The notes below the pieces were generated by a model. That model saw only the letters and a list, made by a program, of their open reading frames with translations, was not told where the DNA came from and did not search any database. Below are positions 1 to 10,775 of a stretch of DNA of 33,000 nucleotides, in pieces. Both the position numbers and the translations under genes were made by a program. Origin of the DNA: Antechinus flavipes (taxonomy: Eukaryota); contig NC_067404.1 of assembly GCF_016432865.1 (NCBI RefSeq), positions 31,930,001 through 31,963,000 of the forward strand, written 5' to 3'. How positions within the stretch are numbered: position 1 is the first letter of the stretch; each line of letters starts with the position of its first letter.

Positions 1-94
1 GACAGGGTACTTCCCCAAAGCCAACTTATATTATGAACTCCTTGAAACCATTTCCTTTTTATCTTTATATATCTTGATTGTGACATCATTGTCT

Positions 95-212
95 CCCTCA
101 ATTAAATCCAAACTTTGTGAGGGCAGGGATTGATATTGCCCTACTTTGTATCCTTAGTACTTAATACAGAGCCTGGTACACAGTAGGTGCCTAACATGCT
201 TGTTGAGTTGAC
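95..212 (+). mobile_element. L2 3' tail fragment
   Basis: GTGAGGGCAGGGA...CCTGGTACACAGTAGGTGCCTAA...TTGTTGAGTTGA matches the recalled L2 tail pattern. Confidence 0.7.
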
Positions 213-306
213 TCCCTGGGGGCTATGTTGGTAGTGTTTCCTTATGTCACAGAGGAGAAAATAGGTAGAAGGAAACATTTGTTAGTATTCAAGTTTATAG
301 CCCTTA

Positions 307-669
<363 letters not shown>

Positions 670-1974
670 TTAGAACATACATTTCTGCATTACTGTTAGC
701 GTAATAAGACTGGACTGGGCCAGAGCATGCACAGATATTCTCTGTGTGGTTCCAGTTCAAATTGCCATGGATTGAACCTACTTTCAGCCATTATGATTCA
801 AGGGTTTGTAATGGGAGATGACTGAGAGTTCCTACATTAGCTTCTGATGACTCAGGGGCTGGTGAACCAGATCAGAGTGTATATAAAAAAGGGAAATGTG
901 TCCCTTGGTCACATTAATCCCTAGCACACCTACATAGTAAGTGCTTAATAAATATTCATTTGACTAACTGATAGCTCCTTCTTTTCTTTCCCCTTGAGGT
1001 GACAGGACTAATTTGAACTGCTTTTGAGAGCTGAGAGAAGGGCAGTTACCCTGTCTCCTACCTGACCCATGTGGCTTTACATATGTGGTTCTCTCTGTCT
1101 CTTTGTATTTGTTCCTTCCTGATCCTAGGAAAATAAGTATTCAGAGATGGAAGTGTCCAGGCAACCTTATGAATCTGGGAAATCCAGAGGTTCCATTGGA
1201 AAGTCCATTGATAGTTGGAGCCAAATGGTAGTGGTAGCTGCAGTGCCTACAGGGCCGCTGCCCTTCTCCTCTCCTGCCCTTTTTCTCTGGGGCAGCTCAA
1301 AGTAATCGAGAAAGAGAAAATTACTAAAATGCAAATATTCCTTTTACAAATCTATTGAGTTCTGGTCCAGAATTCCCTGAGTCATCAGATTTTCCAACTT
1401 CAGTAGTCATTTAGAGCACTCTGGGTCATCTACCATTGCAAACTCTAAAGTCAACAAGGTCAAAAGTAGGCTCACCTCCAAGCTCTATGTGGTCACATGG
1501 ACTACAGCCAAGCAGGGAATACATGTGTATGTTCCAAACACTGACCCCAGAGGCTAGTCCACTCTCACTACAGCTTCTGTTTAAAGCTTTCTAATGAGAG
1601 TAGGCATCTTTCCTCCTGGGCATCCCATTCTACTTTTGGACAGATCAAATTATTAGGAACTTTTCCTTCCCTTGTTTGTCATTTTCTCCCATTGCTCCTA
1701 ATTCTAACCCCTGGAATCAAGGAGAACAAAGCAAATCCCTCTTTCACAAGAGGTCCCTTTACATACTTGAGCACAGCCATTGTAGTCCTCAAATTTTCTC
1801 TTTTCCAGATAACACATAGCAGGCACTGTATAAATTTGAGTCATTGTTAACTCATATTGAGTTTGTGGATCATTTCTTTAAGACAGCCTGCTCTCTAGCT
1901 ATCCCTCTCACACCTTATACACGTGAAACTTATTTTTAAGCCTAAGGGCAAAACAATTTACCTTAATAATAACA

Positions 1975-2044
1975 ACAATGCATATTTGTGCTTTTTAAGG
2001 TTTACAAAGTGCCCTATATTTTATTTCTTTGACCCTCACAACAA

Positions 2045-2076
<32 letters not shown>

Positions 2077-2200
2077 CCATTTTACCAGAGGAAGCTGAGG
2101 CAGCCAAAGGTTAAGTGATTTGACTAGGGTCAAACGACTATGTAAGCATCTGAGGCTAAATTTGAAATCAGGTCTTCTTGACTCCAGATCAAATATCCTA
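1975..2200 (-). mobile_element. MIR-type CORE-SINE containing an (ATT)10 microsatellite at 2046-2075
   Basis: CCCATTTTAC-AGAGGAAGCTGAGGC...GGTTAAGTGATTTG is the reverse complement of the CORE motif. Confidence 0.75.
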
Positions 2201-2699
2201 TCCATGTATCATCTAGTTGCTTCTTGAGATCCAATCCCAAAGTTTAGCACAAGATCTCTTTTGGTCCTGACTTTATCATTTACTATTTTGACATTAAGTA
2301 CCCATTCTTCTCCCTCCCCACATACTCTTTTGTTTAAGCTTCCTTGAAAACACATGGAAATTCTGATAAAGTTGTAAATCTTGATAGAGCAAAAATCCCA
2401 TTCACTTTGTAATGAGCATCTTAAATGTGAAAGGCAACCTCGAAATCTTTGTCTTCCAAAACACCCCAGCAGAGGGCACCAGTCTAAGAATGCTAGGAAC
2501 TTTGCATACTGCACAGACAGCATCTATAGAAAAAAGCTCATTTTCCACTTAGATACAGATGGGTGCTCTTTCTAGTCCCCAAGCCATGAGAAAAAGCACT
2601 GATGTGCTCCCCCTTGACCGACACCTAGCACATGGTAGTCTCTCAACAAAGATAGACATATTGAAAGCTTCCTATGGCCCAAATCTGGGAGGTTTGTGC

Positions 2700-3490
2700 A
2701 ATTGACAGATTGTACTATAAAATGGTAATTAACAAAATATCTTGTATTAGAATTAAAAAAAAACAGGAAAATATATCAGTGGAACAGGATGAGAATGAAA
2801 GGGAAACAATATTGTTTGTTAAATCCAAAATTACAAAACAGTGGGAAAGGCATTATACAATAAAGCCTGCTACAGAGAACAATAAATTCCAAGTGGTTCA
2901 ATGATATAAATATATTTTTAAACACTCCATAAGAACATAAAGTTCAATTGTGGAGAGAAAGAAAATTCTTCTTTATTAAACAAATGGAAAAGATTTCAAG
3001 GAGACAAACTAAATGGATTTGAATATAAAAATGAAAGGATTTTGACAACAACAAATTAATGTCCCCAACATAAAAAGGAAAGAAATAGACTAGAAGCAAA
3101 TCTCCAAAGTCATTGTTTCTGATAGAAATCCAGCATCCAAACCGTGTAAAGAATGTACAGAAATATTTCAGTAATGACCCTTCCTCATTTCTAAACAAAA
3201 GACATGAACAAGAAGTTTGTGAAGAAAAACAATTTGTCAACGACCCCCAAAACTCAATAATAATCAGAGAAATGAAAAATAAAAACAGGTTTGAGATAAG
3301 GTTAGTAAAATCAGGAAAAAAAATCAATAAGCTGTGATGGTGGCCGGACTGTGGGGAAACAAACACACTGTTACATTTTTGGTGGACCTGTTTAGTTGGG
3401 TAATCTTTTTGGAAAGCATTCTGGCATGAAACAAGAGCTGTTCGATTGTTTGCACACTTTGACCCCGCTATTAGGACAATATATTCTACC
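2700..3490 (+). mobile_element. Old degenerate L1 ORF2 3' fragment
   Basis: A-rich plus strand with TAATAATCAGAGAAATGAAAAATAAAAAC, TTGGAAAGCA and CACACTTTGACCC motifs typical of the L1 ORF2 C-terminal region. Many stop codons. Confidence 0.7.
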
Positions 3491-3604
3491 GTAGTGTCAC
3501 AGCTACCATATTAGGTTTCCTAGAATCCTTTTATTCAGAACCACTGTTCACCAGCTCTTGTTTGCTTCTAAATCTCCAGCTGTGCAGACTTTAGCAGATG
3601 GTAT

Positions 3605-4360
3605 TGTAATAAGGGAAAAGGACATTTACTTAGAATAAAAGGCAAGGGTAATGAAGCAGGGGGCATTCCTGGCAGTCACTCTCCTCCCCAAATGGTTGCC
3701 TCCCACAAATCTCCAGAGAAAGATAATCAACTCCTAGTTAAAAGCTCAATCTCCTCAGCCCAGGGGGAGGGGGCACATCCGTTTCAACTCCCTCTCTCTG
3801 GTCCCTTAAAAAGGTTATTGTCTTGTTAATGGCTCCTTCCTTTTGGTCTGGGCCCTGCTGGATAGTGGGTGCTATTCACACAACTCCTATCCATCCCTCC
3901 ATCTCCCCAGGGACTTCTCCTGCAGTTTTTCCCCCAACTCTCATTTCTTGTCAGCAGTGTTAGATGGCCATTCACAAAACTGGTTTGGGGAGTCCCTGCC
4001 CTCTCACTCTTGGCACTGCAGGATCAGAAATGTTGAAGCCTCAGCTGCTTGGATCGTGCTGCTGAGAAAGTACAGCCAAGACCTTGTTACTTCCACTCTC
4101 GAGAGAGAGGAGGAGTTGGAGGAGGAAACGCCTCCGGGAAGTAGAGGCAAGCTTGAGAGCCAGGCCAAGGAAAGCCTCCTGCTTCCATTTTCCTCTCCTT
4201 CCCTCGAATTTCTTGCCAACTCTCATCTCTGGCCCCAGCTCCCAGGCTTCCCAGCTGCAGTTTCCTCTCAAGATTTCCAGCCTGCTTCCATTCAGAACCT
4301 CTGGGCACTGGAGAGCCCATTCCCCAACCACCTGCCAGGGATCTGGAGAGGCCCCTTACA
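3605..4360 (-). mobile_element. Candidate solo LTR (ERV-like)
   Basis: A ~756-bp GC-richer block bounded on the minus strand by TGTAAGGGGCC...CTTATTACA, with an AGTAAA variant poly(A) signal near the 3' end. No clean 4-6 bp TSD. Confidence 0.5.
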
Positions 4361-4949
4361 CTGCGGATGTTATTGGCAAGAAAAAAAGGCCCATCTGTGC
4401 GCAAATATTCCCAGTGGCTTTGTCCTTAAAGCAAAAAACAAAATGGAAACAGTCCTTCGGTCCAAAGACTGAATAAGTCAAGAGTATGTGAACATACTGG
4501 AATATTGTTGCATTACAAGAAACGCCCCGCAAGATGCTTACAAAGCAATGGGGCAAATTCAGTTGAAACGCTTCGCAGAGAAGAAAGTAGATCATTCCTT
4601 CCCCCAAACCAATCTGCGTACTGCCCGGACGCCTATGAAGTAACAGATCAGCAAAATCCGATGGAGTCCAGAGGAAGACAAAGACACCAAAAAATGCAAC
4701 GTAGGTGATGGTTATTATTTTGTAAAAGTGAACATAAATGCTCCTTTTGGAATAAGTTCAAATCCTTTGGCGCACACTTTGATGGCTTCCCTTTTGCTTG
4801 TTCAAATGTTTGATGTGTTGATGGTTACCAAATTTATATTATACAGTTACATGGTTTCCTTTAATATTTTCTTGATAATTTTGGTCTTTATTTTAAAAGG
4901 CACTCAAATGTATTCATTTTGTATATGAATCCTGGACATATTTAACTGT

Positions 4950-5125
4950 GTGCATAGAATCCAGTCTTGGATACTAACTGTGTGACATATCACTTACCTA
5001 ACTCTTTCTGCTTCAGTTTCCTCATCTGTGAAATGGACATAATAATGGCACTTACTTCCCAGAGTTGTTGTAAGGATAAAATGAGGCAATATTTGTCAAA
5101 TACTTCATAGGCCATAAATATTAGC
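4950..5125 (+). mobile_element. MIR
   Basis: CTTCAGTTTCCTCATCTGTGAAATGGACATAATAAT...GTTGTTGTAAGGATAAAATGAG CORE and tail motifs. Confidence 0.8.
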
Positions 5126-5403
5126 CATTATTTATCATTGCCATCATCATGATGTTGTCTCTCCCATTAGGATGCAAGCTTCTTGTGGGAAGAAATAGCT
5201 TTTTTGTATTTGTTCCACTACTAGTACCTAACAAATGCTTGTCAGTTGACTGATTGAAATAGATTCCTCCCCACTCCCTTTTCCCGAGAGGTATATCATG
5301 TGAAAAAGAATAAAAAAGGAGGGGGAAGCATTTCAGTAAAACTAGTAAATATATGGACCTAATCTGATACCATATGTACTATTCCCCACTCATAGGTCCA
5401 CTT

Positions 5404-5652
5404 GGGGCAGCAGGGTAGTGTTGCAGTGGACGGATCACTGGGCCTGAAATTAGGAAGACATAAGTTCCAATCTGGCCTTAGACACTTACTAGCTGGGTGA
5501 CCCTAGGCAGGTCATTTCACTCTGTTTGTCTCAGTTTCCTCACATGTCAAATGAGCTGGAGAAAGAAATGGCAGATCACTCCAGTATCTCTGCCAAAGAA
5601 ACCCCAAATGGGATCACAAAGACTCAGACATGACTGAAATGACTGAACAAAA
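5404..5652 (+). mobile_element. Mar1-type marsupial CORE-SINE with RTE-derived tail
   Basis: GGGGCAGC head, CORE, then GAGAAAGAAATGGC...ACTCCAGTATCTCTGCCAAAGAAACCCCAAATGGG...GACTGAAATGACTGAACAA. Confidence 0.85.
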
Positions 5653-5744
5653 TGTCCCCTTTCTTGGAAAAAGTGGCAGCAATAGGATGTGTAATGGAGA
5701 AAACCACTGTGATTCTCTGCAGCTTCCAAGAATGAGGGACTGCT

Positions 5745-6040
5745 GGTCCTTTAGTATTCTGGAGCACTGTGGTCCATTGTGGGTACCATATCTCAAGAAG
5801 GACATTGGTAAGCTAGAGTAAGTCTAGAAGAAGGTAACTAGGATGGGAAAGGGCCTTGAATCTGTGCTATGTGACAATGAGTTGTAGGAACTGGTCGTGT
5901 TTAGCCTAGGAAAGAAAAGGCCAATGATGGTGGCACTCAAGGGCTGCCAGGAGGAGAGATTAGCCTTGTTCTTTTGGGCCTTGCGGGGGAAAAGGCAAGG
6001 AGTAAAAGTTGCAAAGAGGTCAATTTAAGCTTGAAGTCAC
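5745..6040 (+). mobile_element. CR1/L3 ORF2 3' fragment
   Basis: Translates LEHCGPLWVPYLKKDIGKLE, similar to the CR1 motif LEYCVQFWAPHFKKDIDKLE, followed by TTTAGCCTAGGAAAGAAAAGG. Confidence 0.75.
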
Positions 6041-6046
6041 AAAAAA

Positions 6047-6340
6047 CCTTCCCCCCCTTGGGGGTTAGGGGCACTTGCGATCTGGAAAATCACCGAAACA
6101 TTTTTTTGACCTTCCCTTTGTACTAGAGAAGAAATTTGAATTATTATGGTATTAAAAATAAAATATGTTGATATTATACAATTCTATCCATATATTTTAT
6201 GTATTTCTGAGTTTCTAATTTTTTTGTGTTGCCTGCGGCTTCCTCGAAACTCCCCCAAATTCCCCTTTAATTTCTTATGCTAACGTGAGATCTATCAAAA
6301 ACTGTATGGGGAAAGTTGCAATGTAGAAAGGATGACTGTA
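6047..6340 (+). mobile_element. Tigger/pogo-like MITE
   Basis: Ends in GCAATGTAGAAAGGATGACTG-TA (TIR plus TA). Homologous along its length to the element at 29172-29489. Confidence 0.65.
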
Positions 6341-7258
6341 ATTAGATCTGTTTCAGAGCATAATGGGCAGCTTGGAAGACCGCAAGCAGAGGCTGGATGA
6401 CCCCATATTGAGTTATAATGAGGATTCCCAGGGAATGCTTAAATTCTGGTTTCAAAGAGATGGGAAGTCTAGATGCCCCCAATTAGATCTAGGCCCAAAT
6501 GAAGAAAGGGAGATTTCCTGGGGAAGAACAGAACGGATTTGTTGTTTGCTTTTCTCTCTCCCCATATCCTTCTGTTCGGTCACGCCTAATCATCTGACAG
6601 GTATATTGGGCACAGATGGATAAGAACATTACAATCCATTTACTGGCGGGGTCAGATTGCCAACAATATCAGCTGGGACGGAGGACTGCGAACCTGGAGA
6701 TAGTTGAAGAAAAGCTCTGAACCAAAGCAGCTGTCAGAACCCAGTCATATTCCTTTACAGAGAAGCCCTCAGGGCCTATTGACCTTATTTTGCACACTGT
6801 TATAACAGAGCTGGTTATCCATTTTCCAAACACATGATCGAACAATTCAATTTAATATAGATCGGATGCATAATGTGTGCTAGGTCCTGGCAATACAAAA
6901 AGCACAAATTCTCCAAGCTCTCTCAAAGAGCTTCTATTCTCCCATTACAACAGATCAGAATGAGGGAAAACAAAGAGACTACTAGAGGCAAATATATTAA
7001 CAGTGATGAGACATGATAGCTGGTAGCAAAGGAGGAGCTGACAGAACTATTAAGCTGCCACAAGAAAAATCGAAGTACGATAGTCTGGGTCCATTATGGT
7101 AGAAGCAAACAATCCTCCGTGCCTCACAGAATCATGAAGTCTCAAGAATTAAAAAGAGCTTCAGAGGTCATTTATTACAACCCCTTTTCCCATTCCTCGT
7201 TTCCCTCTACGATGCTCTCGAAATAAGTGGTCATCTAACCTTTGAATATATACAATCT

Positions 7259-7403
7259 GGGGCAGCTAGGTAGTGTAGGCCCTGAGTTTAAACAAACAAA
7301 CAAACAAACAAATAAATAAATAAATAAATGAAAGGCCTCAGACATTTACTAGCTAGCTCTGTGACCCTGGACAAGTCACTTAACCCCAACGACCTCAAAA
7401 AAG
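7259..7403 (+). mobile_element. WSINE1-type SINE with internal deletion and (AAAC)n(AAAT)n expansion
   Basis: GGGGCAGCTAGGT head and GTGACCCTGGACAAGTCACTTAACCCCAA...CCTCAAAAAA tail. Confidence 0.75.
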
Positions 7404-7749
7404 AGGAATATTTACAATTAGAGGGAATATTTACAATATTTACAATAATTACAATTATGACAATGCCTTCTCTCACAGGGCAGATACAACAATCAACATT
7501 AGAAAATTCTACTTTATCAATATAAGGTCTGATATCCCTGACCTTGTAACATATACTTACTACCCCTGATTGGATACATTTTAAGCCTCCACCACTGGGG
7601 CCAAGCAGAATAAATGAAATTCTCCCTCTATGGAACAATCTTTCATACGTGTGAAGGCCTTTGTCCCATTCTTCTTTGTTCTCCCTCCCTCTCTTCCCCT
7701 TCTCTTCTATAGCCTAAACACCCCTGGTTTCTTCACAGAACTTGGGGAG

Positions 7750-7920
7750 AGGAAGACCTGAGTTTCACTCTCGACCCAGGCACTTATTAGCGGTGTGACC
7801 CAGAACACATTTCTTAACTTCTTCTAGCCTCAGTTCCTTCATCTATAAAATGGGGATAATAATATCTATCTCAACAAAAATGAGATGAGATTGTAAAGCA
7901 TTTTAAAATTTTAAATCTCT
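7750..7920 (+). mobile_element. MIR
   Basis: GCCTCAGTTCCTTCATCTATAAAATGGGGATAAT CORE motif. Confidence 0.75.
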
Positions 7921-7937
7921 CTATATAAATGCTAACT

Positions 7938-7982
<45 letters not shown>
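7938..7982. repeat. (ATC)15 microsatellite
   Basis: Direct read of the sequence. Confidence 0.97.
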
Positions 7983-8404
7983 TCCCCCTCCTACTTTGTA
8001 GAGGGGAAATAGTTGGTTGAATGGCAGGTGTTGTCTCCTGGAACAGGCTGCTTAAATCTGCCCTTCAAGGCTCAGAAGAGGAGATATTATACAGGATTGT
8101 GGAAACACAGAGATCAGGACCCTGAGCAGGGACAGGTCACAAGGGAAGTAAGTCTAGCTAGGAAACTACAGGAGTGGTCCCTGGGTCACTAGGGGTTGAC
8201 ACGAAGTCCCGGGGCACTCTGTAGACTGGGGAGCTGGAAAAAAGGAAGGAAAATGCAGGAGGGCAAAAGGTGGGGACTAATGAGAGATACTTTAGTCCAG
8301 CCAGAGACCGACCCTGCCTGGGGACAGGTATACAGGATTCATCTCCTCCCTTCCCAAATGATGAAGTGAGGGATTTTGGGGTGCAGGCGATTATTTCGTC
8401 TTAC

Positions 8405-8512
8405 CTGAGAAGTCCAGCTACATCTTCCCCGAACATCTCTCGTATGCACCACTTTTAGACACTGACTGATTGCCTTTTCCTCCATACTCTGAATACTGAG
8501 GCATGGGTAGTG
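8405..8512 (-). CDS. VSIG1: Putative alternative (cassette) exon of VSIG1, a 36-aa in-frame insert in the IgV domain
   Basis: Acceptor CCCATTTCTGCCCAAATGCAG|CAC and strong donor CAG|GTAAGA. It is 108 nt, phase 0/0 like the host intron, and stop-free: HYPCLSIQSMEEKAISQCLKVVHTRDVRGRCSWTSQ. It resembles the insert of the long human isoform as recalled from memory (not verified here). Confidence 0.8.
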
Positions 8513-8929
8513 CTGCATTTGGGCAGAAATGGGCCAGTCGGAGAGTTGAATGCTCAACAGATATTGCCACAAAACCCAGAAGCCCCTTCATGCAGCCGCT
8601 TCAAAATGGCACCTTCCATGGCACTCCCACTGTTTATAGGGATGCCATTTTCACTTTCTACTCCCAAACCCACACCTATATACACTGCTCTGGGAATTGC
8701 CATTTGAAAAGGGTTAACTCCATTTCTTATGATCAATTTTTTTTAGCATGAGCTAATCTTTAAACGTCTTAAGAGTTTCGCTTCCAGTATTCTTTCCACT
8801 CTGCCCTACGCTCCTGCGTCCCAGAGAAGTTATAATCCAATGGGACCCGAGCCACAAATCTCCTCTGTAACAACTGGAACAAGAAGATCTCCAATAAGGT
8901 GGCGTTGGTCAGATCCCAAGTAGCCCATT

Positions 8930-9300
8930 CTCCTTTTGGACACAAATCTAAATGACTCCCAGGAACTTCTGCCCACTGCTTCTGGGATCAAACAGAAGAA
9001 GCCCAATCCCTCTACTTGACAACAGCCTTTCAAATACCTGTACAGAGATCTCTTGTCCTCTCTGAATTTTCTCTTCTCCAGACTAACCATTTCCAATTCA
9101 TTCAATAGATTCTTTTTTTGCTGAAACAATTGCGGTTAAGTGACTTGCCCAGGCTCGCACAGCTAGTAAGCGTTAAGAGTCTGAGACCAGATTTGAACTC
9201 AGCTCCTCCTGACTTCAGGGTTGGTGCTCTATCCACTGCACCACCTAGCTGTCCTATTCAATAGATCTTTCTATGTTTTGTTCCTACAATACAGCTTTAT
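8930..9300 (-). mobile_element. CR1/L3 ORF2 3' fragment interrupted by a SINE
   Basis: Minus-strand peptide LEMVSLEKRKFREDKRSLYRYLKGC resembles the CR1 motif [24 protein letters not shown]. Confidence 0.75.
9113..9254 (-). mobile_element. WSINE1-type SINE, full length
   Basis: Complete head-to-poly(A) match on minus. TSD ATTCAATAGAT at 9100-9110 and 9256-9266. Confidence 0.9.
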
Positions 9301-9504
9301 TCTCCCTTTTACCTTCAGCACAGATTGTTCCAAGCAAGAAATAAATTTGTTATCTGTTAAATCCCCTTTTGACTAATGCCGATTACCTAATAACAACAAC
9401 ACGGATATTTCTTGCACTGGTAGTCCTTCCGCGTGGTGAGCTCATGAGTTCACTCATCACCTACTTGGCCATTATCTCTCATGACCCACAGGGTTTTGGG
9501 AGTT

Positions 9505-9700
9505 GGCTGAACAAGGAAGAAAGAAGAGTACTAGACTTGGATATAAGAAGATCTGAGTTCAAATACACTCCAGACATTTACAAGCTGTGTGATTCTGAGC
9601 AAAACACTCAACCTCTCTCAATCTCAGTTTCTTCATCTGTAACGTGAAGGGGTCAAACTCAATAGCCTTTAAGTGTCCTTCTAGCTGTAAATCTAAGATT
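9505..9700 (+). mobile_element. MIR-type SINE
   Basis: GAAGATCTGAGTTCAAAT...TCTCAGTTTCTTCATCTGTAA motifs. Confidence 0.7.
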
Positions 9701-10604
9701 CCATAACCCTAGCAGTTGAGTTCACAGTGGAGCTAGAAGGGAAAGGATCCCTAGTCTGAAAACCTCCTGAGCCTAGAGAAAAATACAGTGGAGTCTTGAA
9801 TTGGTAATAAAATCACCCCGAAAGCATTCTGCTTCAGGGCTGAATTGTTTTGCTTATTGAATGAAATCAAAGACAGCAAAGCGCTTTGAAAACCTTAGCA
9901 TAAATGCCAGGTCATTTTGCTTGATTCATCTTCAATGAGATAGCTCATTGAGCTTAAACAAACCCGACTCTCGCTAACCAAGGTGTCACAGCCATGCTTT
10001 TTCATCTTAGAAGAGATGGCCACCAGTTCCTTCCCAATCAAACCATGGACTAGTCATCTCAAATTCAGACCACAGGTTGGTTTTTCATTTCGAGTACCGA
10101 TGTTACAGTTGAAGATCGATTTCTCTTCCTAAAGACTGGCAAGCCCCATTCCATCTTGCTCTGAACCAAGGGATAAAGGTCTGCGCACTCTACATTTAGG
10201 GGCTGGTGGAAGGGGGAAGAGAAGATCCTTGCCCTAAGGGATGGCAGCTGGGAGGGGGATTCTTTTCCCTAGGGAAAAGACCTCTTCCTCTCCCCAAAAT
10301 GCCCAAGGTGTGCCGTTAGTGGGGTGGGATTGCCCAGTATTCAGCTCTCTTCTCTCATGAAGGGGTCACGGTGACATATTCTGTGAATGTTTTGTATCTC
10401 TGACCTTCTAAGAAGGGAAGACTGCATCAAGGCAGTCAATGACTGATTTTTAAATATTCAAACGGCACTCCCAGGGAAAGTTCATAGAAATGCCCAACTT
10501 TCTTCCCAGCTTTCAACAGTATTTTCAACACCCCGACTGCCTTCCCCTTTTCTCATTTACTGTTCTATTCTAGTTCCCTTGCTGTACCAATTACATATAA
10601 TATT

Positions 10605-10775
10605 TTCTCCTTGCATCATGGGATCATAATTTCAGAGCTGGAGGCCTTCTAGTCCAGAACCCTAATTCTACAGATGAGGCAACTGAGGCTCAGAGAAGCA
10701 AGTGACTCTCCAAGGCCAAGCTAGTAACAGCACAACTGGGATCTGACTTCAAATCCAGTATGCTTTCCCCTCTGC
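10605..10775 (-). mobile_element. MIR-type SINE
   Basis: CTACAGATGAGGCAACTGAGGCTCAGAGAAGCAAGTGACT is the reverse CORE. Confidence 0.7.

Noticed and set aside
3843-4472. Longest ORF in the window (209 aa) and overlapping ORFs on both strands
   Set aside because: Low-complexity Ser/Pro/Leu-rich translation of a GC-rich LTR-like element, with non-ATG starts and no domain motifs.
7997-8334. TG...CA-bounded purine-rich block next to the cassette exon as a second solo LTR
   Set aside because: No TSD, no clear poly(A) signal and no recognisable family, so the evidence is insufficient.
9933-9950. Perfect short hairpin CAATGAG-ATAG-CTCATTG
   Set aside because: A 7-bp stem is expected by chance and too short for a pre-miRNA or other structured RNA.
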